Below, piece by piece: positions 8,744 to 16,225 of a DNA stretch of 19,482 nucleotides. The number at the start of each line of letters is the position of its first letter. The stretch's first letter is position 1. Origin of the DNA: an archaeon (GTDB taxonomy: Archaea > Iainarchaeota > Iainarchaeia > Iainarchaeales > CSSED10-239); the NCBI GenBank assembly GCA_035390665.1, contig DAOOUC010000010.1, forward strand, positions 1 to 19,482. The letters are read 5' to 3'. The notes below the pieces were generated by a model, which saw nothing but the letters and a program-made list of their open reading frames with translations, was not told where the DNA came from and ran no database searches. The position numbers and the translations under genes were made by a program.

Positions 8744-9247
8744 ATGGAACTAAAAATTAAACCAATATTTTTAGGAAAAACAAACAATTTCAAAAAAAAT
8801 CAAATAATAAACAATTATTATTGTTTGTATTTTCATAATGGAAAATCATTTCTTTATGCAAAAGAAAACAAATCTTTTATTGAATATCTTATTAATAAAA
8901 GTAATTCCACAGAAAAAGAAAAAATTACAAGACTATTAAATTCTGAAAAGTTTTATGAATTCTTAAATGAAATACCTAATCTCAAGAATTATTCTAAATT
9001 TTTAGAAATACATTACTTAAAAGACCTTAATTTAATAAATAAAATTAATGATTGCTTTCAAGATTGGCTTATTGGAACACCTAATCAAAAAATTAAAGCT
9101 TTAGATAAAATAAAGAAAGAATTAAAACAAGAAATCGTGATAAATTATTTATCTAAATTAAAAACAGAACAACCTAAATTAAGAGAATTAAAAAGAACAG
9201 AACCAAAAAAACGCAAATTAAGAAGAATATCTTCAAAAGCAAAATAA
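8744..9247 (+). CDS. Hypothetical protein with a basic C-terminal tail
   Basis: ORF with its first ATG at 8744 (MELKIKPIFLGK...). It ends in KLRELKRTEPKKRKLRRISSKAK. No family recognised. It is divergent from the FAD oxidoreductase gene. Confidence 0.45.
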   Translation: MELKIKPIFLGKTNNFKKNQIINNYYCLYFHNGKSFLYAKENKSFIEYLINKSNSTEKEKITRLLNSEKFYEFLNEIPNLKNYSKFLEIHYLKDLNLINKINDCFQDWLIGTPNQKIKALDKIKKELKQEIVINYLSKLKTEQPKLRELKRTEPKKRKLRRISSKAK

Positions 9248-10195
9248 TTAAATCAATTTAGAAAAATCAGAACTTATAAAACCACTTGCTTTTGGATGTC
9301 CGTTCCCTCCATATTTCTTAGCAATTTGGGAACAATCAATATTTTTTGATCTAAGGCTTATTTTATCAAAATCTTTCTGATCTTCTCCTTTGGCATAATA
9401 TCTATACCATACAATTATCATTTCTATATCTTTATAAAGTTCGGAATTAAAAATATATTCAGAAATATATCCTGCCTTAAATTGAGAATTAACAATAAAA
9501 CTTTTCACACCTTCAAATTCTATTGTTCTTCCTGTTGAAACATCATCTTTTACTTTTGTATTAATATAAGTATTCATTAATTTACCATATTCTTTAAAAA
9601 TTGGGAAACAATCTTTAAAATAATTATTATCAAACAATTTCAAAAACTCATTATTTATTTCAAAATCTCTATTTGTGTCTTTGTCATAAATCTGAAGATA
9701 TAAGAAATCTATATATTGTAAAACATCTTTAGAATCTGGCAATTGCCACGTCCAAATATCCATATCTTGAATATATTGTGAAAATAAAGATGGTTCTTTA
9801 TCAAAATATTTCCAAACTAAAACACTTGCAGCAGAGTTAATGTCTGTTAATCCTTTTATTTCTAAATCAAACATTTCAGAAATAATATTTTTGTGATGAT
9901 CTATCCAAATTAAATTTTCTTTAAAAACAGATAAAAATTTTGCCATAGTTTCTTTACTAAAACTATAGTCTACAATTACTACTTTTTCAAATTTATTTAT
10001 ATCAATATTATACTTTTTTAAAATCTCGAATATGTTATCCATTCCATAATGAACTTCATAAAAATAATAATATTTCCTTAATTCTTTATAATCTGGAATT
10101 GATTTAGATATTTTTTCTAAATAATCGTTATATGCAAATCCTAAAGCAGAAATTAATCCGTCAAGATCATTATGGTAGAAAATTATTGTTTTCAT
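9248..10195 (-). CDS. DHH/DHHA1 family phosphoesterase (NrnA-like)
   Basis: DHH motif I HNDLDGLISA, motif III WIDHHKN, and the DHHA1 signature GGNGHPKASGF (GGGH-type). 315 aa. ATG at 10195. Confidence 0.75.
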   Translation of the reverse strand: MKTIIFYHNDLDGLISALGFAYNDYLEKISKSIPDYKELRKYYYFYEVHYGMDNIFEILKKYNIDINKFEKVVIVDYSFSKETMAKFLSVFKENLIWIDHHKNIISEMFDLEIKGLTDINSAASVLVWKYFDKEPSLFSQYIQDMDIWTWQLPDSKDVLQYIDFLYLQIYDKDTNRDFEINNEFLKLFDNNYFKDCFPIFKEYGKLMNTYINTKVKDDVSTGRTIEFEGVKSFIVNSQFKAGYISEYIFNSELYKDIEMIIVWYRYYAKGEDQKDFDKISLRSKNIDCSQIAKKYGGNGHPKASGFISSDFSKLI

Positions 10196-10272
10196 GTGTA
10201 TATCTTTCCTTCATTAAAAAAGTCTCATTGATATATATTATAATCACATAAATATTTAAAAAAGGGATTTAA

Positions 10273-10824
10273 TTATTTATTTTTTTTATTAAAGTAAAAA
10301 ATAAATAAAATAAATAAACCTAATATTATTAAAGTTAAAATAATGGTGTTATAATTAAGAGTAGAAGTTGCAGCAGGAGAACTAATTGCTGAAACCATTG
10401 TGCTTTCTACAGAATCACTTGCAATAGTTCTTGCCATTTCTTGTTGTGCAAAATTCTTACTAGATTTCTGATTGATTCCACCAATTGTTGAAGTCATTGT
10501 TAAAAGTAAAGCAAAACCTATTACCCCAACTATTGTTAAAATTAATGCTAAAAATAACCTTGTCTCATTTGGTTTAAGTAATCGCTTTCCCTTAAATGTC
10601 AAAGAATAATATTTCCATTTTCTTAAAGATTCTTCTTTTTTTACTAACCCTGCCTTTGAAAGAACTTCAAGATGTTCTTTAATTGTTGGATTTGATAACT
10701 TTAATTCTATAGATAAATCAGAAAGAGTTTTCTTTCTTTTCTCTAAAGCTTTTAAAATATTTAATCTTGAATCAGAAGCAATTGCTTTTAATGTTTCTTT
10801 ATCTATAGTTATCTTATCTTCCAT
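10273..10824 (-). CDS. ArsR-family winged-helix regulator with C-terminal membrane anchors
   Basis: LKAIASDSRLNILKALEKRKKTLSDLSIELKLSNPTIKEHLEVLSKAGLVKK is a typical ArsR/SmtB HTH. It is followed by two hydrophobic helices (LFLALILTIVGVIGFALLL and IILTLIILGLFILFIFYF). Confidence 0.7.
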   Translation of the reverse strand: MEDKITIDKETLKAIASDSRLNILKALEKRKKTLSDLSIELKLSNPTIKEHLEVLSKAGLVKKEESLRKWKYYSLTFKGKRLLKPNETRLFLALILTIVGVIGFALLLTMTSTIGGINQKSSKNFAQQEMARTIASDSVESTMVSAISSPAATSTLNYNTIILTLIILGLFILFIFYFNKKNK

Positions 10825-10952
10825 AATAATATTTTAAATATTTGTTATTTTAAATCTTCCCTTTTATTTAGGTTTAAAACTACAAAACATCTATTTATAA
10901 TATTTTATAAGTAAGTTTAATATTGTACTTAAATTTTAAAAATAGACTAGAT

Positions 10953-12518
10953 ATGACTACATTTATTCAAACAGAAGAACAACAGAAAAAAGATTTTAAA
11001 TATTCTGTAATGGATGGTGTTTTTTGGACAATTATGACTTATTTAGGTGCAGTATTTTTAACCCCTTATCTTTTATCTCTTGGAGCAAATAGTTTTCAAA
11101 TTGGACTCACAACTTATGTCCCAACATTAATTGCATCAATAATTTGTTTTTTTTCTTATGATTTTTTAAAATACTTTAATTCAAAAAGAAGTTTCGTTGT
11201 ATTTTTTGTAATAATTCAAGCAACACTTTGGATTCCATTAGCTTTTGTTTATTTTTTTGCGACTGGTAGCACTGCAGTGTGGTTTGTTTTAATAATTTAT
11301 TTCTTAATTTCAATAATAGGGACAATACCCGGTCCAGTCTATGGAGATTGGATAGGAAAGGTTTTTAAAATCAAAGAAATTGGATTATATAATGCAAGAC
11401 GAAACATTATTTGTAATCTTGTAACAATATTGCCTTTATTTTTTGCAGGATCCATTTTAGATGCAGCATCTCATTCTAATACTCTTTTTATTTTTACAAT
11501 AATTTTTATATTTGCAGGAATATTTAGATTTATTTCAGCTATGTCTTTGAACAAGATGAGTATTACTGAGACAAAAGAAGAAATAAAACATGAAACACAC
11601 CAATCTAAAGGATTAATGCTTAATGCCTTTAGAGATGAAATAAAAAATAATAAAAATTATGTTTATTTTTTCGTGGTTGTTTTATTTTATTATTTTAGTT
11701 TATATGTTACTGCCCCTTATAATAGATTCTATTTACTTGAAATTGCAAAATTAAGTTATACTCAATATATATCTATTGAGATTGTTGCAATCCTTGGAGT
11801 AATTTTAACACTATTTTACTGGGGAACTGCAGTAGATAAATTTGGCGCAACAAGAGTTTTAAAAGCAACAATTTTCTTTTTACCACTTTATCCATTAACA
11901 TTAATTTTATTTTCTAAAAATTTTTATGTACTTATATCTCTTGTATTTATTGATGCAGTATTAACTGCTGGATTAGGTATTGCTCTAACATCCTATCTTT
12001 ATCAAAATATTAGAAAAAACCTAATTGCACACATGACTTTCTTAACCTTATTCCAATCTATTGCATTAACACTTGGTGCTTTAAGTGCAGCAGGAATAAA
12101 TTATTTATTAACAAAGAATCTTGGTTCTGAAACTAGAGCATTATTCTGGGTTTTTATAATTGGAATAGGTCTTAGATTTATTTCAGCAATATTAAGTCAA
12201 GGATTAAAGGATAATAATCCTGAAAAGACAAATGTATTAAAAGAAATAATTGTTTTTAAGCCAATAATTTATGGTGGTGGAAAATTAATGCAGATTTGGG
12301 GAGAAAAACAAAAAGAAATAACACACAATGTTGGACAACGTACCAAAAAGATACAATTACATCTTAAAAAAACAACCAAACAGATTAAAGGTGATTTTTC
12401 CTTAACTGCAAAAAAATTTGGAAAAGAACTAAATGATACAACAGAAGAAATAATACACACTACAAAAAAAGCAATAAAGAGAACTAAGAAATTTTTAGAC
12501 AAAAAAGATGATTTTTAA
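10953..12518 (+). CDS. MFS-type transporter with a ~90-aa lysine-rich cytoplasmic tail
   Basis: About 12 hydrophobic spans arranged in two halves around a charged central loop (ITETKEEIKHETHQSKG...). I start at the ATG at 10953, not the TTG at 10923. The family call rests on architecture only. Confidence 0.5.
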   Translation: MTTFIQTEEQQKKDFKYSVMDGVFWTIMTYLGAVFLTPYLLSLGANSFQIGLTTYVPTLIASIICFFSYDFLKYFNSKRSFVVFFVIIQATLWIPLAFVYFFATGSTAVWFVLIIYFLISIIGTIPGPVYGDWIGKVFKIKEIGLYNARRNIICNLVTILPLFFAGSILDAASHSNTLFIFTIIFIFAGIFRFISAMSLNKMSITETKEEIKHETHQSKGLMLNAFRDEIKNNKNYVYFFVVVLFYYFSLYVTAPYNRFYLLEIAKLSYTQYISIEIVAILGVILTLFYWGTAVDKFGATRVLKATIFFLPLYPLTLILFSKNFYVLISLVFIDAVLTAGLGIALTSYLYQNIRKNLIAHMTFLTLFQSIALTLGALSAAGINYLLTKNLGSETRALFWVFIIGIGLRFISAILSQGLKDNNPEKTNVLKEIIVFKPIIYGGGKLMQIWGEKQKEITHNVGQRTKKIQLHLKKTTKQIKGDFSLTAKKFGKELNDTTEEIIHTTKKAIKRTKKFLDKKDDF

Positions 12519-12551
12519 ATAATATGTTATATAATAATATAGTGAAGGTAT

Positions 12552-13415
12552 ATGTTTAAGAAAAAAATATTTCAAACAACAGAACACAATGTAAATAAGT
12601 TAATCTTAATTTTAGGTGTTTTTCTTCTTACAATAACTTCTCTAATTATGGCAAATACGAAAGGATGGATTACTTTAAATCCAGGAATACTTGCAACTAT
12701 AAAATTAATTTCTATTATACTCTGGACCTTCTTTATTGCTTCTGTTTTTATTAAATTTACACAAAATAAAGTACATAAATTATTTGACGAAAGCGTAGAT
12801 CTTGAGCAAAGAATACTATTAAGTAAATTTTATAATTTCTTTGTATATTTATTTGCAACTGCTTTTGTATTATGGAAGATGGGAGTTACCCTTGAAAATA
12901 TTACATTATTTGTTGGACTTATTGCTACAGGACTTGCTTTTGCCTTAAGAGAAATCCTTTTACCTTTCTTTGTTTGGTTTATGTTATTAACAAAAAGACC
13001 ATTTAGAATTGGAGATTATATTAAAATTGGAGACGATGAAGGTAGAGTAAAACATATTGGTACTTTTTATGTTTTTTTAGATCCTTTAAACACAGACTTA
13101 AATCAAACAATTAAAATACCTAATAAGATATTTTTAGAAAAACAAGTAATTAACTATGGAGGAATAAACCTTCCAATATTTTTAAAAATCCCTGTAACTG
13201 CTATGGATTTAAAAGACAGTGAAAAAAGAATTGAAGAAATAAAGAAAAATCTAATCAAAATATATCCTGAATATACCATCCATCCAAAACTTGTATCAGA
13301 CAAAGAATATGTATATCTATTATTTGATTTTACAGTATCAACTAAAGAAAACTACACAAAGATAAGACATAAACTTTATGAAGAAACATATAATTATTTT
13401 AAAGGGCCAAGGTAG
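12552..13415 (+). CDS. MscS-family mechanosensitive channel
   Basis: N-terminal TM helices are followed by the MscS signature region LLTKRPFRIGDYIKIGDDEGRVKHIGTFYVFLDP...IKIPNKIFLEKQVINY. Confidence 0.75.
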   Translation: MFKKKIFQTTEHNVNKLILILGVFLLTITSLIMANTKGWITLNPGILATIKLISIILWTFFIASVFIKFTQNKVHKLFDESVDLEQRILLSKFYNFFVYLFATAFVLWKMGVTLENITLFVGLIATGLAFALREILLPFFVWFMLLTKRPFRIGDYIKIGDDEGRVKHIGTFYVFLDPLNTDLNQTIKIPNKIFLEKQVINYGGINLPIFLKIPVTAMDLKDSEKRIEEIKKNLIKIYPEYTIHPKLVSDKEYVYLLFDFTVSTKENYTKIRHKLYEETYNYFKGPR

Positions 13416-13416
13416 A

Positions 13417-14328
13417 TTAAATTTCAAAAACAATTGGCTTTTTGATATCTCCACCTATCTTGTTCAATAACAAGATATTTTTATTTTTCTTCTTTGCCAT
13501 TTCTATTGCTAAATCTTGATAGGTTCTTCCTATGTGAGTTATTGGATTTTTACCATAATATGCTTCTAAAGTCATTGGTTTTGTTGGAGTAATTAATCCA
13601 TTTCTTCTGTTACCTCTACCTGTTGCTCCACTATCTCCCATCTCTAAAGATGTTCCTGTTTTTGTTATAAATTGTGCTTCTTTTGTGTCTCCAATATTAA
13701 TATATAAATTTTTTATTTTAAATTTTTGTTTTAATTCTTTTTCCAATTGTTTCTTATACTCAAAATATTCTTTTGTAGTTTTAAAAGAATCCAAGAATGC
13801 AAGAGCGATATACACTGATTTTTCTTTACCATCATAAGTAAACATAACTTTGTTGTCTGTTCCTATGTGCTTGCCTGTTTTATGAAGATTATCAATATAT
13901 TTACCTATATCTAAAACTAGTTTCTCGTTATTTGTTTCTTGATGACCAACAGCAAAACTTGTATCGTTTGCTTTTTTACATGCAAATATATCATTAAGAT
14001 CAGGGCTTCCTTGGTTTAGAAAATTATAAACTTTATATTTTAATCCGTTTTTTATTTCAAAATCTAAAGTTTCTTTAACTACAGATTCTAAAATTTTATC
14101 TATATTTTTTACTTTTGTATATTGCCCAGCAAAGACAATTTTTACCGGAGTTTTAAATTTTCCTTTTTCTATTTCTCCAGCACACACCATTGTTTTATCA
14201 ACATTATAGTGTTTCATTGTTCCATATTCTTTAAGTAAGGCCTTAGATAATTTTTCAGACAAATTATCTGCTATTGTATCTGGGTGGCCTATTCCTTTTC
14301 TTTCTATTACTTCTATTTTTGTTTTCAT
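13417..14328 (-). CDS. mat: Archaeal-type S-adenosylmethionine synthetase (methionine adenosyltransferase), compact form
   Basis: ERKGIGHPDTIADNLSE, ANDTSFAVGH and TGTSLEMGDSGATGRGNRRNGLITPTKPMTLEAYYGKNPITHIGRTY match archaeal MAT signature blocks (ERKGLGHPDS; ANDTSFGVG; TGTSAEMGDDG.VGRGNR.NGLITP.RPMS.EA..GKNP..HVGK.Y). Confidence 0.85.
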   Translation of the reverse strand: MKTKIEVIERKGIGHPDTIADNLSEKLSKALLKEYGTMKHYNVDKTMVCAGEIEKGKFKTPVKIVFAGQYTKVKNIDKILESVVKETLDFEIKNGLKYKVYNFLNQGSPDLNDIFACKKANDTSFAVGHQETNNEKLVLDIGKYIDNLHKTGKHIGTDNKVMFTYDGKEKSVYIALAFLDSFKTTKEYFEYKKQLEKELKQKFKIKNLYINIGDTKEAQFITKTGTSLEMGDSGATGRGNRRNGLITPTKPMTLEAYYGKNPITHIGRTYQDLAIEMAKKKNKNILLLNKIGGDIKKPIVFEI

Positions 14329-14351
14329 GTCAATTCTCCTTTGTTGCTTAT

Positions 14352-14408
14352 TAGTAACTAATTAGTGTTTGGAAATATTTAAAAAACCTTTCACTCATTA
14401 GTTACTAT
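14352..14408. promoter_or_regulatory. Imperfect inverted repeat, candidate operator in the divergent MAT / RHH promoter region
   Basis: TAGTAACTAATTAGTG (14352-14367) and CACTCATTAGTTACTA (14393-14408) are reverse complements with 1 mismatch. The 25-nt spacer contains ATATTTAAAAAA. A third TAGTAAC half-site lies at 14422-14428, just upstream of the RHH start. Confidence 0.45.
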
Positions 14409-14440
14409 TATAACACTATAATAGTAACGAGGAAAAGAAA

Positions 14441-14608
14441 ATGGTATCAGAAGCAAGAGTTAGTCCTTATTTTTCAAAGGACCAGGTGAAGATAATAGAC
14501 GGATTAGTAAACAAGATTGGTTGCTCGAGAGCAGATGTTGTTAAGCAACTTGTTCTAATAAAGCTAACAGAAATGGGATACTTTAATAAGGAAAAAGACC
14601 ACAAATAG
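14441..14608 (+). CDS. Ribbon-helix-helix (CopG/Arc-like) DNA-binding protein, 55 aa (below the ORF-track cutoff)
   Basis: Hand translation: MVSEARVSPYFSKDQVKIIDGLVNKIGCSRADVVKQLVLIKLTEMGYFNKEKDHK. It shows a beta-strand (RVSPYFS), helix (QVKIIDGLVNK), G-x-S/T-R turn and second helix, the RHH pattern. GAGG lies 8 nt upstream of the ATG. The GNAT gene follows after 10 nt. Confidence 0.65.
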   Translation: MVSEARVSPYFSKDQVKIIDGLVNKIGCSRADVVKQLVLIKLTEMGYFNKEKDHK

Positions 14609-14614
14609 TTGGAC
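14600..14614 (+). repeat. Direct repeat copy 1 (CACAAATAGTTGGAC) spanning the RHH stop codon
   Basis: Matches 15165-15179 at 14 of 15 positions. Both copies include the last two sense codons and the TAG stop of their gene. Confidence 0.6.
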
Positions 14615-14618
14615 GATT

Positions 14619-15173
14619 ATGAAAAAATATAACTATCTTAAAAAACCAATAATCACAGATAGATTGATACTTGTAAAACCATCTCTTGATTTTTGCAAAA
14701 GAAAATTAGAAATCTGGTCTAATCCAAAAATGACTAAATATAACGAAGAACACTTGACTTTAGCAGAAGTAAAGAAAAGAATGAAAGCAAATATAAAAGA
14801 TCAAGGAAAAACCGCAATTTCTTTCTATGCTCTTTTAAAAGAGAATAATTTTCTTATAGGATCTGCAGGACTTCATATCTTAAAGCACAACAACTCTGCA
14901 GAATTAGGTTACGGAATAGATGTAAACTATTGGGGAAAAGGCTATTGCTCCGAAATTGTGTCTGCTGTGCTTGATTTTACCTTCACTCAAACAGATTTAC
15001 ATAGAATCTGGGCCACACCAGCTGTAGAAAACAAAGCCTCTTGTAAGGTCTTAGAAAAATGCGGATTTAGAAAAGAAGCGATTTTAAGAGATTCAGCTTA
15101 CTATTATGGAAAATATTACAACGAAGCATATTATTCTATATTAAAAGAAGAATATTTAAAAATACACAATTAG
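14619..15173 (+). CDS. GNAT family N-acetyltransferase (RimJ/RimL-like)
   Basis: ITDRLILVKP..., LIGSAGLHIL...AELGYGIDVNYWGKGYCSEIVSAVLDFTF...LHRIWATPAVENKASCKVLEKCGFRKEAILRDS is the typical Acetyltransf_3-type core with the Q/RxxGxG/A-like WGKGY acetyl-CoA loop. Confidence 0.8.
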   Translation: MKKYNYLKKPIITDRLILVKPSLDFCKRKLEIWSNPKMTKYNEEHLTLAEVKKRMKANIKDQGKTAISFYALLKENNFLIGSAGLHILKHNNSAELGYGIDVNYWGKGYCSEIVSAVLDFTFTQTDLHRIWATPAVENKASCKVLEKCGFRKEAILRDSAYYYGKYYNEAYYSILKEEYLKIHN

Positions 15174-15179
15174 TTGGAC
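15165..15179 (+). repeat. Direct repeat copy 2 (CACAATTAGTTGGAC) spanning the GNAT stop codon
   Basis: Matches 14600-14614 at 14 of 15 positions. The two copies bracket the GNAT gene, 565 bp apart. Confidence 0.6.
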
Positions 15180-15215
15180 AAAAACCAATTATTATTTAAA
15201 CTTTTTTGTCTACTA
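15171..15215 (+). terminator. Hairpin with T6 run after the GNAT gene
   Basis: TAGT-TG-GACAAAAA (15171-15184) pairs with TTTTTGTC-T-ACTA (15203-15215) across an 18-nt loop. The T6 run (15202-15207) lies in the 3' arm. Confidence 0.4.
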
Positions 15216-15291
15216 TTATATAAACTATTTTTAGTTTAATTTAAGCCATTTTTTTAAATTTAGGGCTGATAAAGAAAAAAGAGGTAATTTC

Positions 15292-15579
15292 ATGAAAAAA
15301 AACACATTAAGCATAGCTATAGTATTTGCATTAATCTTAAGTTTAGGTATAATTAATGCATCTGAATTTAAAATAAAAAATAATAACGGAATAAGTACCA
15401 GATTTAAAACCACACAACCAACATTTTATGATATGGTAAGATGTACGTGCGGTGGCGAGACTTGTGGAAATTCTTTTGAAAGTCACCCTAATGCATCCAT
15501 TGGAGGACTAATAGTATATTGCTCACAACTGTGTTCTTGTAGAACAAAAGTCGGATTTCAATATGAAACAGAATATTAG
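15292..15579 (+). CDS. Small exported six-cysteine peptide (A)
   Basis: GAGGT RBS. The signal-like N-terminus is MKKNTLSIAIVFALILSLGIINASE. The mature part carries RCTCGGETCG and YCSQLCSCRT (6 Cys). A hairpin/T7 terminator follows. Confidence 0.6.
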   Translation: MKKNTLSIAIVFALILSLGIINASEFKIKNNNGISTRFKTTQPTFYDMVRCTCGGETCGNSFESHPNASIGGLIVYCSQLCSCRTKVGFQYETEY

Positions 15580-15592
15580 AACCCCAGAAAAT

Positions 15593-15625
15593 GTAGACAA
15601 TTAATTTTGTCTTACTACTTTTTTT
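15593..15625 (+). terminator. Hairpin plus T7 terminator after peptide A
   Basis: GTAGACAA (15593-15600), loop TTAATT, TTGTCTtAC (15607-15615), then TTTTTTT (15619-15625). Confidence 0.6.
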
Positions 15626-15664
15626 ATCTCCAAATAACCAATAAATAATTTTCGCACTGGACAG

Positions 15665-15681
15665 CTACCCCCCCGAAAACA
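15665..15681 (+). repeat. C-rich motif CTACCCCCCCGAAAACA, left copy of an inverted pair
   Basis: Shares CTACCCCC-N3-AAAA(A)CA with the reverse complement of 18021-18038. It lies ~40 nt upstream of a GGTGA RBS and the 49-aa ORF. Confidence 0.4.
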
Positions 15682-15721
15682 ACCCCTCTTTGTAAGTCTA
15701 TATATATCTGGTGATGTAAAA

Positions 15722-15871
15722 ATGTTCAGAACAGAAAATAAATATAAAGATAATGTGTGTGTTATGTATAAATCGGTTGATGATCTTATACAAAAAAATA
15801 AAAGCTTAATTGGAAGAACAAGAATTTCCAATTACTCTAATCTACAAAGGAGATATTTTACAAGATGTTGA
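15722..15871 (+). CDS. Possible 49-aa basic small protein (speculative)
   Basis: GGTGA lies 7 nt upstream of the ATG, the same RBS type as vapB and vapC here. Translation: MFRTENKYKDNVCVMYKSVDDLIQKNKSLIGRTRISNYSNLQRRYFTRC. No family recognised and it is not in the ORF track. Confidence 0.25.
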   Translation: MFRTENKYKDNVCVMYKSVDDLIQKNKSLIGRTRISNYSNLQRRYFTRC

Positions 15872-16075
15872 TTTTTTGTTATGTTTTCTTCTACATAACC
15901 AAAAACTTCGTTTTTCCTTTCCCCAAGGTTTGCGTGTAGAAAAACTTAAGTCAATTGATCTATCCCGATCCAATAAAATAACAAAAGAAAAATATAGGAG
16001 GCGATAAAAAGTCCATTTTTGGAATTATAGAGAAAAAGCTAATTCTTCGCTAGTTTACTCTAGCCAAAATGTGCG

Positions 16076-16166
16076 AAAAAACACCAAAAAATAGAAAAAA
16101 CAAGCTATCAGACGACCTTTCGGTCGGCTTAATAGCTCTTATATAGAACCGCTAAAATATTTTAGC
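16076..16166 (-). ncRNA. Candidate small structured RNA or intrinsic-terminator element (strand assignment tentative)
   Basis: Perfect 16-nt palindrome GCTAAAATATTTTAGC (16151-16166). Long hairpin at 16103-16137: AGCTAT/ATAGCT outer stem, AGACGACC-TTTC-GGTCGGCT inner stem with one mismatch. On the minus strand the hairpin is followed directly by three T6 runs (plus-strand A6 at 16095-16100, 16086-16091, 16076-16081). Confidence 0.3.
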
Positions 16167-16225
16167 CGATAACGTTATAAATACTTCGTACATATTATAA
16201 TTATAAATAAATTTAAAGTGATATT

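Noticed and set aside
15650-15690. tRNA-like 5' fragment on the minus strand (GGGGGGGTAGCTGTCCAGTGCG), possibly an att-site remnant
   Set aside because: The GTAGCT start resembles tRNA positions 7-12. However, the D-arm cannot form (the loop would be 2 nt) and no anticodon or T-arm (GTTCRANYC) follows. It is not supportable as a tRNA or tRNA fragment without a genome-wide comparison.
15655-15690. G-quadruplex on the minus strand (GGGG...GGGGGGG)
   Set aside because: At most three G-tracts can be drawn, and a fourth is absent.
15705-15800. C/D-box sRNA (GTGATGT at ~15709 and TTGATGA at 15777-15783)
   Set aside because: No CTGA D or D' boxes occur at the required spacing downstream of either C-like box.
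15231-16007. ORFs 15231..15413 (-), 15601..15831 (-) and 15810..16007 (+, TTG start)
   Set aside because: The first is antisense to the peptide A start. The second spans a terminator hairpin and the C-rich motif, with no RBS. The third lacks an ATG and an RBS. None shows a motif, so I treat the region as non-coding apart from the weak 49-aa candidate.
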